DNA from: Planctomycetota bacterium
GTDB lineage: Bacteria; Planctomycetota; UBA11346
Direction: 5' to 3'
DNA: 64,000 bases
Assembly (NCBI GenBank): GCA_038231435.1
Contig: JBBRLJ010000025.1
Span: 24,095-88,094 of the forward strand
Shown here: positions 19,594 through 32,292 of the stretch, piece after piece
Layout of the letters: each line of letters opens with the position of its first letter
Numbering within the stretch: the first letter of the stretch is position 1
Program-made: the position numbers and the translations under genes
The notes under the pieces: generated by a model
The model's input: only the letters and a program-made list of their open reading frames with translations
Database searches by the model: none
Told to the model about the DNA's origin: nothing

Positions 19594-20475
19594 ATGCGTC
19601 TAGATCGGCTCTTCGAACAACGTGCCCGCACCTTGTCGTTCGAATTCTTCCCGCCGAAGAACGACCGCGGCTGGCACACCCTCGAGGACACCATCGATCA
19701 GCTGGTGCCGCTCGGTCCCGACTTCGTCTCGGTCACCTACGGCGCCGGCGGCGGTACGCGCGCCAAGACGCGCGAAGTGGTTGAGCACATCCAGGCGAAG
19801 ACCGGCGTCACCGCGATGGCGCACCTGACCTGCGTGAACGCCACCAAGACCGAGCTGCGCGCGCTGTTCGACGAATACCACCAGGCCGGGATCGAGAACC
19901 TGCTCGCGCTGCGCGGCGACCCGCCGAAAGGCGAAGCGCGCTTCACGCCGACCGATGGCGGCTGCGCCTACGCCGCCGATCTGATCGATCTGATCGCTGG
20001 CGATGGCCGGTTCGCGACGGTATGCGCGGCCTTTCCCGAGGGCCATCCCGACAATCCCAGCCGCACCGGCAACTGGGACCACCTAGCCACCAAGCTCGCC
20101 AAGGGCGCGACGGCCGCGATCACGCAATGCTTCTTCGACGCCTCCCCGTACGTCGAGCACGTGGATTATCTCGCCAAGAAGCTCGGTGTGCGGCCGCGCA
20201 TCATCCCCGGCATCCTGCCGATCGTCGACTTCCATGCCCTCGAACGCTTCTGCGCGCGCTGCGGTGCGTCGGTGCCGGCATCGGTGCGCGATCGCCTGGC
20301 CCCTCTGGCTGATGATCCCATTGCGGTGCGCAAGGCCGGCATCGCGTACACCGTCGATTTCTGCAAGCAGCTGCTCGCGCTCGGCGCGCCAGGGCTGCAT
20401 ATCTACGCATTGAACCGCTCGACGGCGACGGCGGAGATCGTCACCGCGTTGAGGATTGCCGGAGTATTGGAATAG
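19594..20475 (+). CDS. metF: 5,10-methylenetetrahydrofolate reductase
   Basis: SFEFFPPK, SVTYGAGG, AHLTC, ALRGDPP, PEGHP and GLHIYALN motifs. Confidence 0.96.
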   Translation: MRLDRLFEQRARTLSFEFFPPKNDRGWHTLEDTIDQLVPLGPDFVSVTYGAGGGTRAKTREVVEHIQAKTGVTAMAHLTCVNATKTELRALFDEYHQAGIENLLALRGDPPKGEARFTPTDGGCAYAADLIDLIAGDGRFATVCAAFPEGHPDNPSRTGNWDHLATKLAKGATAAITQCFFDASPYVEHVDYLAKKLGVRPRIIPGILPIVDFHALERFCARCGASVPASVRDRLAPLADDPIAVRKAGIAYTVDFCKQLLALGAPGLHIYALNRSTATAEIVTALRIAGVLE

Positions 20476-20688
20476 CGGAGCAGGGGAAGGTTGAAGAGGA
20501 AAGATCGAAGACAAAAGTGGGAAGAAGGAAAGCAGAGGGCATCGAGGCTCGACATGGATGATGGCACTGACGCTGAACAACGACTGTTGTCGCCGCCCTG
20601 ATCCCACGATTCGAGCCTTCGAGCTCTCTTACCTTCGCGCCTTCTAGCCTTCCCCCTTCGCGCCTCAAAGCCTCAATGCCTCCTCATG

Positions 20689-21300
20689 CTATTTCTCCGC
20701 GAACGTCCCGCCTGCCTTCACCTGGAGATGCGGACCCGCCAGTGTGACGGCTACCGCCATCTCCTGACCCACGCGGCAATGCACGCGGCCCACGTACCAG
20801 CGCTGATCGCCGATCGTGGTGCTGATGTCGACGTCGCAGTCCGCAGGCAGCGGTGACTCGAATCGGTTCTCACCGACGTCCAGGCGCTTGACCACGATGG
20901 GCTCGGTGCCGCCGACCGGAATCGCGATCAGGGAGATCGGATACGCATCGCTATTGCTCGAACCAGAGAGGTTAAAGCTTCCTCCACCGCCACCGCCACC
21001 GCCGCCGCCGCCGCCGCACGCAGCGGCGACGATTATGATCGCCACCACCACGACCACCGCGACGCCGACCGCAACCGCTTCACCCTGTCGCCGACCGGGA
21101 TGCTCGAAGTCTTCGAGCTTCCTCAACAGATCGACATGCTGCTGGATGAACGCCGCGTGCTCGCGCGCGTAGTCCTGGTCGAGCGTCACCGTCCATGCCA
21201 CCGGGGCGGTCGGCGGCGCCAGCGGCCGCGAGCCGCAGCCCGCGGCGAGCATCGGGACGAGGGCCAGGCACAGGCAGGAACGCGGGGATATCAACGGCAT
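20689..21300 (-). CDS. putative lipoprotein with internal hydrophobic helix and poly-Gly tract
   Basis: Lipobox-like LAAGC, AGGAG RBS, then AVGVAVVVVVAIIIVAAAC followed by a long Gly run. Confidence 0.7.
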   Translation of the reverse strand: MPLISPRSCLCLALVPMLAAGCGSRPLAPPTAPVAWTVTLDQDYAREHAAFIQQHVDLLRKLEDFEHPGRRQGEAVAVGVAVVVVVAIIIVAAACGGGGGGGGGGGGSFNLSGSSNSDAYPISLIAIPVGGTEPIVVKRLDVGENRFESPLPADCDVDISTTIGDQRWYVGRVHCRVGQEMAVAVTLAGPHLQVKAGGTFAEK

Positions 21301-21364
21301 CGCAGGCTCCTTGGTGAGAGTCGGCGATATGTTAACGATTGTTACTTATAAGGCAAGGCCGCGA

Positions 21365-22189
21365 TCACTCGCCGGGGACACTGCCGGTCGCGTGCGCGCT
21401 GCCCGCGATCAGTCCACTGGTCGGCGAACTCGCGTTCGCGTACAGGCGCTTCTCGATGCGACCCGCTCCCGCGGCCCAGTAACCGGCCTCGAGCGCGTGC
21501 TTCATCGCGCGCGCCATGCGCACCGGATCCTTGGCGCCGGCGATGCCGGTGTTCAACAGCACGCCCGAGGCCCCGAGTTCCATCGCGATGGCCACGTCCG
21601 ACGCCGTGCCCACGCCAGCATCGATGATGATCGGCACGGTCGCGCGCTCGAGGATGATGCGCATGTTGTTCGCGTTCAGGATCCCCTGCCCGCTGCCGAT
21701 CGGCGCACCCGCTGGCATCACCGCCGCTGCTCCCGCCGACTGCAATTCCAGCGCCAGCACCGGATCGTCACTGGTGTAGACCAGCACCGTGAAGCCCTCG
21801 GCGGCGAGCACGCGTGTCGCTTCGAGCGTCTGCGTCGGATGCGGCAGCAGCGTCTTCTGGTCGGCGAGCACCTCGAGCTTGACCATGTCCGAGATCCCGA
21901 GCTCGCGCCCCAGCCGCGCCGTGCGCAGCGCATCCTCGACCGTGAAGCAGCCGGCGGTGTTGGGTAGCAGCTGGTATTCAGGACCGATGTGATCGAGCAG
22001 ACTGCCACCATTCGCCTGGCCGCGGGCGGCAAGGTTCGCGCGGCGGACGGCGACGGTCACCACATCCGCGCCGGATTCCTTCAGCGCCAGCTTCATGGTC
22101 TCGTTGTCGGAGTATTTACCGGTGCCGACGAGAAGGCGGCTTGCGAAGGTGTAAGGACCGACTCGGAGGGGCGGGATTTGCGGGGGCAT
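21365..22189 (-). CDS. thiG: thiazole synthase
   Basis: [30 protein letters not shown] and DAGVGTASD motifs. Confidence 0.97.
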   Translation of the reverse strand: MPPQIPPLRVGPYTFASRLLVGTGKYSDNETMKLALKESGADVVTVAVRRANLAARGQANGGSLLDHIGPEYQLLPNTAGCFTVEDALRTARLGRELGISDMVKLEVLADQKTLLPHPTQTLEATRVLAAEGFTVLVYTSDDPVLALELQSAGAAAVMPAGAPIGSGQGILNANNMRIILERATVPIIIDAGVGTASDVAIAMELGASGVLLNTGIAGAKDPVRMARAMKHALEAGYWAAGAGRIEKRLYANASSPTSGLIAGSAHATGSVPGE

Positions 22190-22233
22190 GGATGTGTTTT
22201 AGGGGGGCGGGGGGAGAGGACAGCGGAGAAGTT

Positions 22234-22268
22234 GGGAAGAGGGAAGAGGGAAGAGGGAAGAGGGAAGA
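22234..22268 (+). repeat. perfect heptamer tandem repeat (GGGAAGA)5
   Basis: Directly visible upstream of thiG. Confidence 0.9.
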
Positions 22269-22542
22269 GATAAGGCGCGTTCTTGTGGGGCTCTGCTCGG
22301 GAGCGCGATCGTAGCGGACGTGCTCGCAGTCCTTCGAACCTTCGTACTTTCTACCTTCCTTACTTCGAGCCTTCTCCATTCGAGCGACGCAGCCAGACAC
22401 CAGGGAAAGCCCGAAGGTGAGAAGGTGAGAATGCGAGAAGGCTAGAATGCTAGCAGGAGAACCCCCGCGCCATCCGCTGTCCTCGAGCCTGCTCACCCAC
22501 TTACCTTCTCACCTGCGAGTCCTCCCCCTCCGAGGCCCGTCC

Positions 22543-24255
22543 TTACGCCTTGAACAGCGCCGCCGGACTCTTCCCCAACAACACCGCCGCCGCGGCCAAC
22601 GTCGCGGTCAAGAACAGCATCGCCCACGTCGCGAACGCGCACGCGATCGCCGGGCCCGGTCCCAAGACGTTCACCAGGTCGTAGATCACCCGTGTGATCG
22701 GCCAGTACTCGCGTTTCTGCGCGAGGATCAGCGAGTCCGAGACCTCGAGCATCGACAGGCTGAATACCATCAGCCCGCCAGCGGCCAGGCTGCCGGCGAT
22801 CAGCGGCAGGGTGATGCGGCGCAGACGCGTCCAGCGGTTGGCGCCGAGCGCGGCGGCGGCTTCCTCGAAGACCACTGGCGCCTGGCTCAGACCCGACGAC
22901 GCGGCGCGCACCACGAACGGCAGCCGGCGCACGGCGTAGGCGATGATCAGTAGCGCGGTGGGATTCTTGTAGGGATCGATCATCGCGCGCAGGCGCGGAT
23001 CGATCTGGCCGAGCGCGAAGCCCAGGCCGATATAGCCGAAGGCGAAGATGATCCCAGGTACCGCGAGCGGCACCATCGCCGCGATGTCCAGCACTTGCCA
23101 GCCGGCGGGCTTCCAGCGCACGCCGGCCCAGGCGATGAAGGTGCCGATGCCCAGGCCGAGCAGGGTCGCGGCCGCGGCGTAGCTGACGCTGTTGATGATG
23201 CCCGGCACCACGTTCTCGTTCGACAGCGCATCGCGCGCGTGCGCGAGCGTCCAGCCGTGCGGCAACACGGTGTGGTACCAGTCGCGCGACAGGCCGCTGA
23301 GCATCACCGTCAGGTGCGGCAGCATCGCCACGACGATCAGCGCGAGGTAGGGCAGCCAGGCGACCAGCGCGCGCCGGCCGCGCAGCGTGATGGCGTCTGC
23401 ACCCATCCCGCCCGCGCCCGCGCCGCGCGCGGCGACGGCGTCGTAGCGGCCGGCGAAGGCGAGCCGCGAGAGCCCGTAGAGCGCCAGCGCGATCCCCAGC
23501 ATCACCACCACCAGCGCGTAGGGCAGGCGGTTCTTCTCGATGTCCGCCATCGAGGCGAATATCTGCACCGGGGTGACGCGGTCGTAGCCGAGCATCAGCG
23601 GCGTGCCGAGTTCGGTGAAGCTCCACACGAAGACGATGATGCCGCCGCCGAAGAGTGCGGGCCGTACCAGCGGCAGCACCACGCGGCGGAACACCGTCCA
23701 TGGCGAGGCGCCGAGATTGCGCGCGGCCTCGATCAGCGCCGGATCCAGGCGCGCGAACGAAGTGGTCAGCAGCAGGTACAGGATCGGGTACAGGCCGAGC
23801 GATTCGACGCCGCACACCACCGCGAAGCGGTGATCGCCTAGCCAATCGGGACCGAGGCCCGGCGCGCACCAGCCGACGCGCTCGAGCAGCGTGTTCACCA
23901 CACCGTATTGGCCGAGGATCTGGTAGACGCCGAGCGCGCCGACGAAAGGCGGAAGCACCAGCGGCGCGAGCAGCAGCGCCTCGGCGAGACCCTTGCCGGC
24001 GAAACGGCGGCGCGCGCCGAACCACGCCAGCGGCACGGTGAACGACAGCGTCGCGGCGGTGGTGACCAGGGCGATGGTGAGCGCGTTCAGCAGCCCCTGG
24101 CGGTACACGGGATTGGCGAACACCTCGATCAGGTAGCTGGCCTTCAGACCGCTGCCCATGGCGATCGCCAGCGGCGCGACCAGGAACACCGCGAGGAACA
24201 GCGCGACCGCGCCATAGGCGATCCAGCCGGCGATGGGGACGCGGCGCGCGTTCAT
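22543..24255 (-). CDS. ABC transporter permease, FbpB/ThiP type (duplicated TM domain)
   Basis: Two EAA loops (IEAARNLGAS, EEAAAALGAN) and many TM helices. Confidence 0.92.
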   Translation of the reverse strand: MNARRVPIAGWIAYGAVALFLAVFLVAPLAIAMGSGLKASYLIEVFANPVYRQGLLNALTIALVTTAATLSFTVPLAWFGARRRFAGKGLAEALLLAPLVLPPFVGALGVYQILGQYGVVNTLLERVGWCAPGLGPDWLGDHRFAVVCGVESLGLYPILYLLLTTSFARLDPALIEAARNLGASPWTVFRRVVLPLVRPALFGGGIIVFVWSFTELGTPLMLGYDRVTPVQIFASMADIEKNRLPYALVVVMLGIALALYGLSRLAFAGRYDAVAARGAGAGGMGADAITLRGRRALVAWLPYLALIVVAMLPHLTVMLSGLSRDWYHTVLPHGWTLAHARDALSNENVVPGIINSVSYAAAATLLGLGIGTFIAWAGVRWKPAGWQVLDIAAMVPLAVPGIIFAFGYIGLGFALGQIDPRLRAMIDPYKNPTALLIIAYAVRRLPFVVRAASSGLSQAPVVFEEAAAALGANRWTRLRRITLPLIAGSLAAGGLMVFSLSMLEVSDSLILAQKREYWPITRVIYDLVNVLGPGPAIACAFATWAMLFLTATLAAAAVLLGKSPAALFKA

Positions 24256-25856
24256 CGCGCGCTTCCGTTGGAGCTAGCGCGCGCGGCGACGCGGCTCGCG
24301 CGCGCGAGGCGGGCGGCCTCACGGTAGTGGCCCTGCGCGGCGGTGGTCCAGGAGCGCATCAGCGTCAGGCTCGCCGGCGGTCCCTGGTTGATGAGATCGA
24401 GGTTGGCCTTCGCGTCGGCGTAGCCGAACGGCATCCAGGTGAACTCCGCCCACGCGGCGGGGACCGCCTCGGGTCCGCCCGCGGCGATGATCGCGCTCCA
24501 GGCATCGATCAGCTCCTCGCGCGGGTCGAGGATTGCCGCCCGGGTCAGCGGCCCGATCAGCCTGTAGAGCTTCGAGGTCCATTCGGGATGGTAGGTGAAG
24601 CTGGCGGCGAGCGCGAATGGATCGACGTCGGGATCGCTCATGCGCGCGCGGTCGGCAGAGGTATACACGTCCCTGCGCACCGCCATGCGCCGCATGGCGT
24701 AGCGGATCGGTCCGCCCGGTTCGCCGACCTTGTAGTCCCACAGCCGCTGTCCCTCGGGCGACAGCACGAAGCGGATGAAGGCCTTGGCGAGATCCGCATG
24801 CGGTGCGCCGCGCAGCATCGAGATGGGGTCTGCCGAGATCGAGGTGCCGCCTGTAGGCGCCGCGAATACCAGGCGCTCGGTGCCGCCACTCTGCTCACCC
24901 GAATACTCGGCCTCGGCCTTGGCGTGGAAATCGATGCAGATGGCGGCGGTGGCGTCGCCGCGCACCACGTCGCGCACTGCCTTCGAGGCGCCGTCGCTGA
25001 GCGCGCGCGCATTGCCGGCGATGCGCTTGATCAGCACGAACGCGTCAGCCCAGCCCTGCGCCAGTCTCGCCGGCGTCGGCTCGCCGGCCGAGGCCTCGGC
25101 CATGCGCTGCTGGATCAGCCGCTCGAGCGCCGAGACGATCGCCGCCGAGCGGGTCGGATCGACCATGGTGATCTGTCCGAGGAAACGCGCTTCGCCGAGA
25201 TCCGCCCAGGCACGCGGCTGGTCTGGCGGCGTCAGCAGCGCCAGGCGATCGGGGCTCGAGCAGATGCCGAAGGCGCTGAAGCACGCGCCATAGTAGCGGC
25301 CCTGCTTGTCGTAGACGGTCTCCCCGCTGAGCTTCTGCGGGATGACCTCATCCGTGAACCATTCCGGCTTCTCGCGCAGCATCCCGGCGTCGACCAGGAA
25401 ACCCTTGTCGGCGAAATCCGCGTGCGGGAGCAGGCCGCCCCCCCACCACAGATCCATGCCGACGCTGGTCTCGGAGGCGAGGAAGGTCATGCGCCCCAGC
25501 TTCTGCTCGTCGCTGGCGGTCGATCCTGGAGCGTCGACCTTGGCGTCATTGAACGCCGCGAGCGCCTCGGTCGACAGCTCGTGGTGCGCCTGCCGGAAAT
25601 TGCCGCGGTAGGTCTCCTCGAGCAGTCTGGTGATATCGCTGGTGCCGCCGGGCGTGCGCCAATCGATCTCGACCGAGAAGCCCAGCTCCTTCGACGCCCA
25701 GATGCCGAAGGCGCGGCCGAATTCCGAGCGCGTCGATTCGCCATGCGGCGAGATGATCACCAGCGTACGCGCGACGCCCTGGGGCGGATGCGGGCGGAGC
25801 ACGATCGGCGCCACCAGCAGCAGGACGATCGCGGCGACTGCGGCGACGGCTTTCAC
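24252..25856 (-). CDS. ABC transporter substrate-binding protein (Fe3+/thiamine cluster-like)
   Basis: N-terminal anchor, LVIISPH, DLWWGGG, DPTRS and AFIRFVLSPEGQRLW. Lies between ATPase and permease. Confidence 0.85.
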   Translation of the reverse strand: MKAVAAVAAIVLLLVAPIVLRPHPPQGVARTLVIISPHGESTRSEFGRAFGIWASKELGFSVEIDWRTPGGTSDITRLLEETYRGNFRQAHHELSTEALAAFNDAKVDAPGSTASDEQKLGRMTFLASETSVGMDLWWGGGLLPHADFADKGFLVDAGMLREKPEWFTDEVIPQKLSGETVYDKQGRYYGACFSAFGICSSPDRLALLTPPDQPRAWADLGEARFLGQITMVDPTRSAAIVSALERLIQQRMAEASAGEPTPARLAQGWADAFVLIKRIAGNARALSDGASKAVRDVVRGDATAAICIDFHAKAEAEYSGEQSGGTERLVFAAPTGGTSISADPISMLRGAPHADLAKAFIRFVLSPEGQRLWDYKVGEPGGPIRYAMRRMAVRRDVYTSADRARMSDPDVDPFALAASFTYHPEWTSKLYRLIGPLTRAAILDPREELIDAWSAIIAAGGPEAVPAAWAEFTWMPFGYADAKANLDLINQGPPASLTLMRSWTTAAQGHYREAARLARASRVAARASSNGSAR

Positions 25857-25866
25857 GCGAGAGCCT

Positions 25867-26916
25867 TCATGCCGGCAGCACCACCACGTCGTCGGGCGAC
25901 ACCGTCAACGAGAGGCGGTCGCCGACCGCGCGCGCCGGCGGCGACGGCTCGTTCACCGTCAGCGGCGTGCCATCGTCGGTGACCAGGCGCCATTGACCGT
26001 ACGCGCCGAGATAGCTGCTCTCGACAATGGTGGCGCTTATGCGGTTGGCGGCCGCGCCCGGATCGATGCGCAGGCGCTCGGGACGGATGCACACCGTCAC
26101 GTGGTCGTCCTGCTTGAGCCCCGGGGGCATCGCCGCCGCCGTGAGCGTCGCCATGGCGAAGCGCACGCGGCCAGGGCCGCCGATGAAGCCCGACAGCAGA
26201 TTGGCTTCGCCGACGAACTGCGCGACCGCGCGCGTGGCCGGCCGTTCATAGAGGTCGCGCGGGGTGCCGACTTGAGCGACCGCGCCGTTCACCAGCAGCG
26301 CGATGCGATCCGCGGTCGACAACGCCTCGGATTGGTCGTGAGTGACGTAGAGCGCGGTGACGCCAGCGGCCTTGCACACCCGCCTGATCTCGGCGCGCAT
26401 CGCCACGCGCAGGCGCGCGTCGAGATTCGAGAGCGGCTCGTCCAGCAGCAGCACCTGCGGCTTGATGACGATGGCGCGCGCCAGCGCCACGCGCTGCTGC
26501 TGCCCGCCCGACAATTCTGCGATGCGGCGCTCGCCGTAGTCCGGCAGCTCGACCAGGGCCAGGGCCTCCTCGACGCGCGCGCGCTTCTCGGGAGCCGGCA
26601 CGCGGCGCACATCGAGCCCGAAGGCCACGTTCTCGGCGACGGTCAGGTGCGGCCACAGGGCGTAGTTCTGGAAGACCATGCCGATGCCGCGTTCCTCGGC
26701 GGGCAGCCGGGTGACGTCGCGGTCGCCGAAATGCACGGTTCCCGAATCCGGGGTCAGGAAGCCCGCGACCAGTCGCAGCAGGGTGGTCTTGCCGCAGCCA
26801 CTTGCCCCGAGCAGGAAGAACATCTCCCCCTGCTGGACGTCGAGATCGACGCGGTCGAGCACCAACGTCTTACCATCATAGCTCTTGGATACCGACTTGA
26901 TGCCGACCGCGATCAT
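25867..26916 (-). CDS. ABC transporter ATP-binding protein (PotA/FbpC type, TOBE)
   Basis: GASGCGKT, LSGGQQQR, LLLDEP and YVTHD motifs. Confidence 0.95.
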   Translation of the reverse strand: MIAVGIKSVSKSYDGKTLVLDRVDLDVQQGEMFFLLGASGCGKTTLLRLVAGFLTPDSGTVHFGDRDVTRLPAEERGIGMVFQNYALWPHLTVAENVAFGLDVRRVPAPEKRARVEEALALVELPDYGERRIAELSGGQQQRVALARAIVIKPQVLLLDEPLSNLDARLRVAMRAEIRRVCKAAGVTALYVTHDQSEALSTADRIALLVNGAVAQVGTPRDLYERPATRAVAQFVGEANLLSGFIGGPGRVRFAMATLTAAAMPPGLKQDDHVTVCIRPERLRIDPGAAANRISATIVESSYLGAYGQWRLVTDDGTPLTVNEPSPPARAVGDRLSLTVSPDDVVVLPA

Positions 26917-27029
26917 GGCGGGGAGCTTGAGAGAGGGATGGAAGGGTCAATGCGGGGGATGGAGGCAGGAGAAGGAAGAAGAGGGAAGAGTAACGGAAGT
27001 GTCGGACTCTCCGGCGTCAGCCGTCAAAA

Positions 27030-27095
27030 CCCCCTGCTCCCCGCCTCCCAGGGGGTCAGGTCGGCAGGCCGTTAGAAGGGGGGCCGTAGCCCCCC
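27030..27095 (-). repeat. repeat family B, copy 2
   Basis: Reverse complement GGGGGGCTACGGCCCCCC..ACGGCCTGCCGACCTGACCCCCTGGGAGGCGGGGAGCAGGGGG resembles 54624-54686. Confidence 0.75.
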
Positions 27096-27236
27096 TTGAT
27101 GAAGCCCCTTGATGAAGCGTAGCCCCCCTTGATGGAGCGTGCCGACCCGCTACGGTTCCGCCCTCTACGACGCGGAGCAGCGACAACGCAACGCCCTCCG
27201 GGTCTCTCCCAGCAACCCCTCACAGGAACGCGTGCC

Positions 27237-27512
27237 ATGACCATGAACAAAGAACGCAAGGGCTCCCTCATCAAGGAGTTCGGCGGAAGCGACAAGAACA
27301 CGGGCTCGGCGGCGGTGCAGATCGCGCTGCTCAGCGAGCGCATCAACCACCTCACCGAGCATCTCAAGGGCCACCAGAAGGACTTCCACAGCCGGCGCGG
27401 CCTGCTGATGATGGTCGCCAAGCGCCAGAAGTTGCTCAAGTTCATCAACAAGACCAACGTCGAAGAATACCGCAAACTGACCGAGAAGCTCGGCATCCGC
27501 CAAAAACTCTGA
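27237..27512 (+). CDS. rpsO: 30S ribosomal protein S15
   Basis: [35 protein letters not shown]. Upstream of pnp. Confidence 0.98.
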   Translation: MTMNKERKGSLIKEFGGSDKNTGSAAVQIALLSERINHLTEHLKGHQKDFHSRRGLLMMVAKRQKLLKFINKTNVEEYRKLTEKLGIRQKL

Positions 27513-27517
27513 TTTTC

Positions 27518-27553
27518 AACCGGCCGGCGCGCAAGCGCCGGCCGGATTCTTTT
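27518..27553 (+). terminator. rpsO terminator hairpin
   Basis: CCGGCCGGCGC-GCAA-GCGCCGGCCGG followed by ATTCTTTT. Confidence 0.75.
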
Positions 27554-27738
27554 ACAACATCAACGGATCTCACACTCAACCAACCGCCGTTTCCCCGCCC
27601 CTTTCCAGACAGCCGCCGAGCCGCTTGGCTTCCCAAGCCCGCGATCGACCGCCCTCTGGACAGGCACATGGGAAGCGGCCTTCGGGCCCATCGCTGGGCC
27701 CTGCCCGAGGCGCCACGCCGCGGGCGAAACAGGACCCC

Positions 27739-30018
<2,280 letters not shown>

Positions 30019-30064
30019 CATCGAAGCGGCACGGCGGCAACGCCGGGCCAGTACCAGGTTCTCG

Positions 30065-30106
30065 AGCGGGGTCGGCAATCGCCGACCCCGCTTTCTGTTT
30101 TTTTTT
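30065..30106 (+). terminator. pnp intrinsic terminator
   Basis: AGCGGGGTCGGC/GCCGACCCCGCT stem followed by a long T tract. Confidence 0.9.
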
Positions 30107-30164
30107 GGGGGGGGGCTTCGGCCCCCAACATCGGCATCCGGCCTGCCCCCAGAAGACGGGGAGC
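30107..30164 (+). repeat. repeat family B, copy 3
   Basis: GGGGGCTTCGGCCCCCAACATCGGCATCCGGCCTGCCCCCAGAAGACGGGGAGC. Confidence 0.8.
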
Positions 30165-30211
30165 TGGGCTGAAAAACGTGGCCATGCCTTCGGCTCCCCG
30201 TGCGCCTTGCG

Positions 30212-31180
30212 CTACGGCATCGACTTTCCTCTACCCGCCACGTGCAGCGCGTACCACTCCTCGCGGCTGAGTTCGACTCCATCCCCCGCGCATGCCGCGG
30301 TGATGCGCGCGGGATCGGTCGAACCCACGATCGGCTGGATACGGGCTGGATGGCGCAACAGCCAGGCGATGACGATCGCCTCGGCCGGCACGCCTTTCCG
30401 CGCGGCGATGGCGCCGACCACGCGCGCGAGTTCAAGATCGCGTGCGCTCGCGCCCGCGCCGGTGGCGCCGAGCGCGCGTCCGCGGCCGAGCGGGCTCCAG
30501 GCCTGGATGGCGATGCCATGGAGCCGGCAATAGTCGAGCGTGCCATCGGCGCCGAAGGAATGGGCGGACTGGTTCGCCACCACGCCGGCATCGATCAGGT
30601 GCGCGTGCACCAGGCTGAGCTCGAGCTGGTTGACCACCAACGGCTGGCGCAGGTGGCGGCGTAGCAGCTCGATCTGCAGCGGCGAATGGTTGCTGACGCC
30701 GAACTGGCGGACCTTGCCTGACTTGGTCAGGTCGTCGAACGCGCGCGCGACTTCCTCGGGCTCGACCAGGGCGTCTGGGCGATGCAGCAGGTAGACGTCG
30801 AGATACGAGGTGCCCAGGCGGCGCAGGGTGCCCTCGCACGAGGCGACGATATGGCCGTGGCTGAAATCGTAGCGTGCGGTGGCTTCGGCGTTCGGATCGC
30901 CGGCGAAGCGGATGCCGCACTTCGACTGGATGATCAGCGCCTCGCGCTTGGCGCCGATCTCGGCGATGGCCGCAGCGAACACCGACTCCGATTTGCCACG
31001 GCAATAGATGTCGGCGTGGTCGAAGAAATCCACGCCGGCGTCGATGGCCGCGCGCAGCGCCGCGACCGCGCGGGTCCGCTCGGCGGCTCCGGGAACCTCG
31101 GAACCCCAGCCACCGCCCAACGGCATGCAGCCGTAAGCGATGCGCGAGGTGGTGGCCGATCCGATGGCGAGGGTCTTCAT
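30212..31180 (-). CDS. aldo/keto reductase (YdhF-like)
   Basis: FFDHADIY, QSKCGI, YLLHRPD, GVSN and QAWSPL motifs. Confidence 0.95.
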   Translation of the reverse strand: MKTLAIGSATTSRIAYGCMPLGGGWGSEVPGAAERTRAVAALRAAIDAGVDFFDHADIYCRGKSESVFAAAIAEIGAKREALIIQSKCGIRFAGDPNAEATARYDFSHGHIVASCEGTLRRLGTSYLDVYLLHRPDALVEPEEVARAFDDLTKSGKVRQFGVSNHSPLQIELLRRHLRQPLVVNQLELSLVHAHLIDAGVVANQSAHSFGADGTLDYCRLHGIAIQAWSPLGRGRALGATGAGASARDLELARVVGAIAARKGVPAEAIVIAWLLRHPARIQPIVGSTDPARITAACAGDGVELSREEWYALHVAGRGKSMP

Positions 31181-31346
31181 GCCACACGGCATAGCGGATC
31201 CTCCGCGCTGGGAAGCGCGGTGCGTAAAACCGGGAGCGCAGGGCCGGGCATGCCATTACGCACGCGCTCCTCGCTTCTCCCTTCGATCTTCCCTATTCGA
31301 TCCTCTAACTTCTCATTTCCTGCTCTCCGCTATCCGTTCCCCAGCC

Positions 31347-31946
31347 TCAGGGCTTCTTACCCCTCCTCTGCTCGGTGCGATGCGAAGGCTCGCCGCGCGG
31401 CGCGACCATGCCCTGGTGCTTCAGTCGGCGGCGATCGAAGCCGGGATGATGCGCCGCGAGCGTGCGACGCGTCAGGCGGTTGTGCTCGCGCTCGAGCGGC
31501 GGGGACCACGGATGCACCTGCGGACGCGCGCGTTCGAGCAGATCCGCGATCGATAGCGATCCCACCGCCGTCACCGGCTGCGAGGGTGCGGCGGTCGCCG
31601 GTGCCTCAGCGTCGCGTGGCGCTCCGCCCCTGACTTCGCGCGCGAGCGGCGCGACCGCGGAGAGGCCGGCCGATGATTGGCCGCGCTTCAGGGCTTTCAC
31701 CGGCTTCTTGGCCGGCTTGGAAACCCTGGCAGAAACCGCGCGTGCCGGCTTCTTCGCTTTCGACGCGAGCTTGGCCTTGGCCCTGGCTTTGACCGGTTTC
31801 TTGGCCGGCTTCGGGGCGGATTTCCGCGACACCGGCTTGGTCTTGTTGGACTTGGCCTTGGACTTGCTGCCGACGGTCTTGGTTGACGATTTTGCCTTCG
31901 CTGTCGACGCTGCGGACGGACGACGGGCGCGCGATGTATATGCCAT
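31347..31946 (-). CDS. Lys/Ala/Ser-rich histone H1-like basic protein
   Basis: AGGAG RBS, KPAKKPVKA present twice, very basic low-complexity N-terminal half. Confidence 0.7.
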   Translation of the reverse strand: MAYTSRARRPSAASTAKAKSSTKTVGSKSKAKSNKTKPVSRKSAPKPAKKPVKARAKAKLASKAKKPARAVSARVSKPAKKPVKALKRGQSSAGLSAVAPLAREVRGGAPRDAEAPATAAPSQPVTAVGSLSIADLLERARPQVHPWSPPLEREHNRLTRRTLAAHHPGFDRRRLKHQGMVAPRGEPSHRTEQRRGKKP

Positions 31947-32292
31947 GGGGTCTCCTGAGGGGTCAGGCGCAGGGTAACCACCGGGACAAGCGTTCCCAAG
32001 TCCCGAATCCCAGAGCCTGACGTCAGTGGCTCACCCCGCGGCCTGGATGAGGTCAGAGGGAGCAGCGGCAGCGAAGTCGCAACCGCCTGCATCCACAGGA
32101 GGTCATACCTGCGTCGGGGGATGCCGCTGGGGCGACATGGTGGTAATCTACCAGCATTGGATGTCGTGGGCAATTGTCGACAGAACGCCGAATGGATACG
32201 AATCCACCAGCACCGAGCACCGCGTCCATCGCCATCACCCGCGCCATCACCGCAATCACCGCGCACACGCCACGCACGAAGAAGGAATCCCC

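Noticed and set aside
22190..22542. TPP riboswitch upstream of thiG (also checked upstream of the ABC ATPase)
   Set aside because: No CUGAGA/ACCUG core arrangement was found. The region is made of short periodic repeats.
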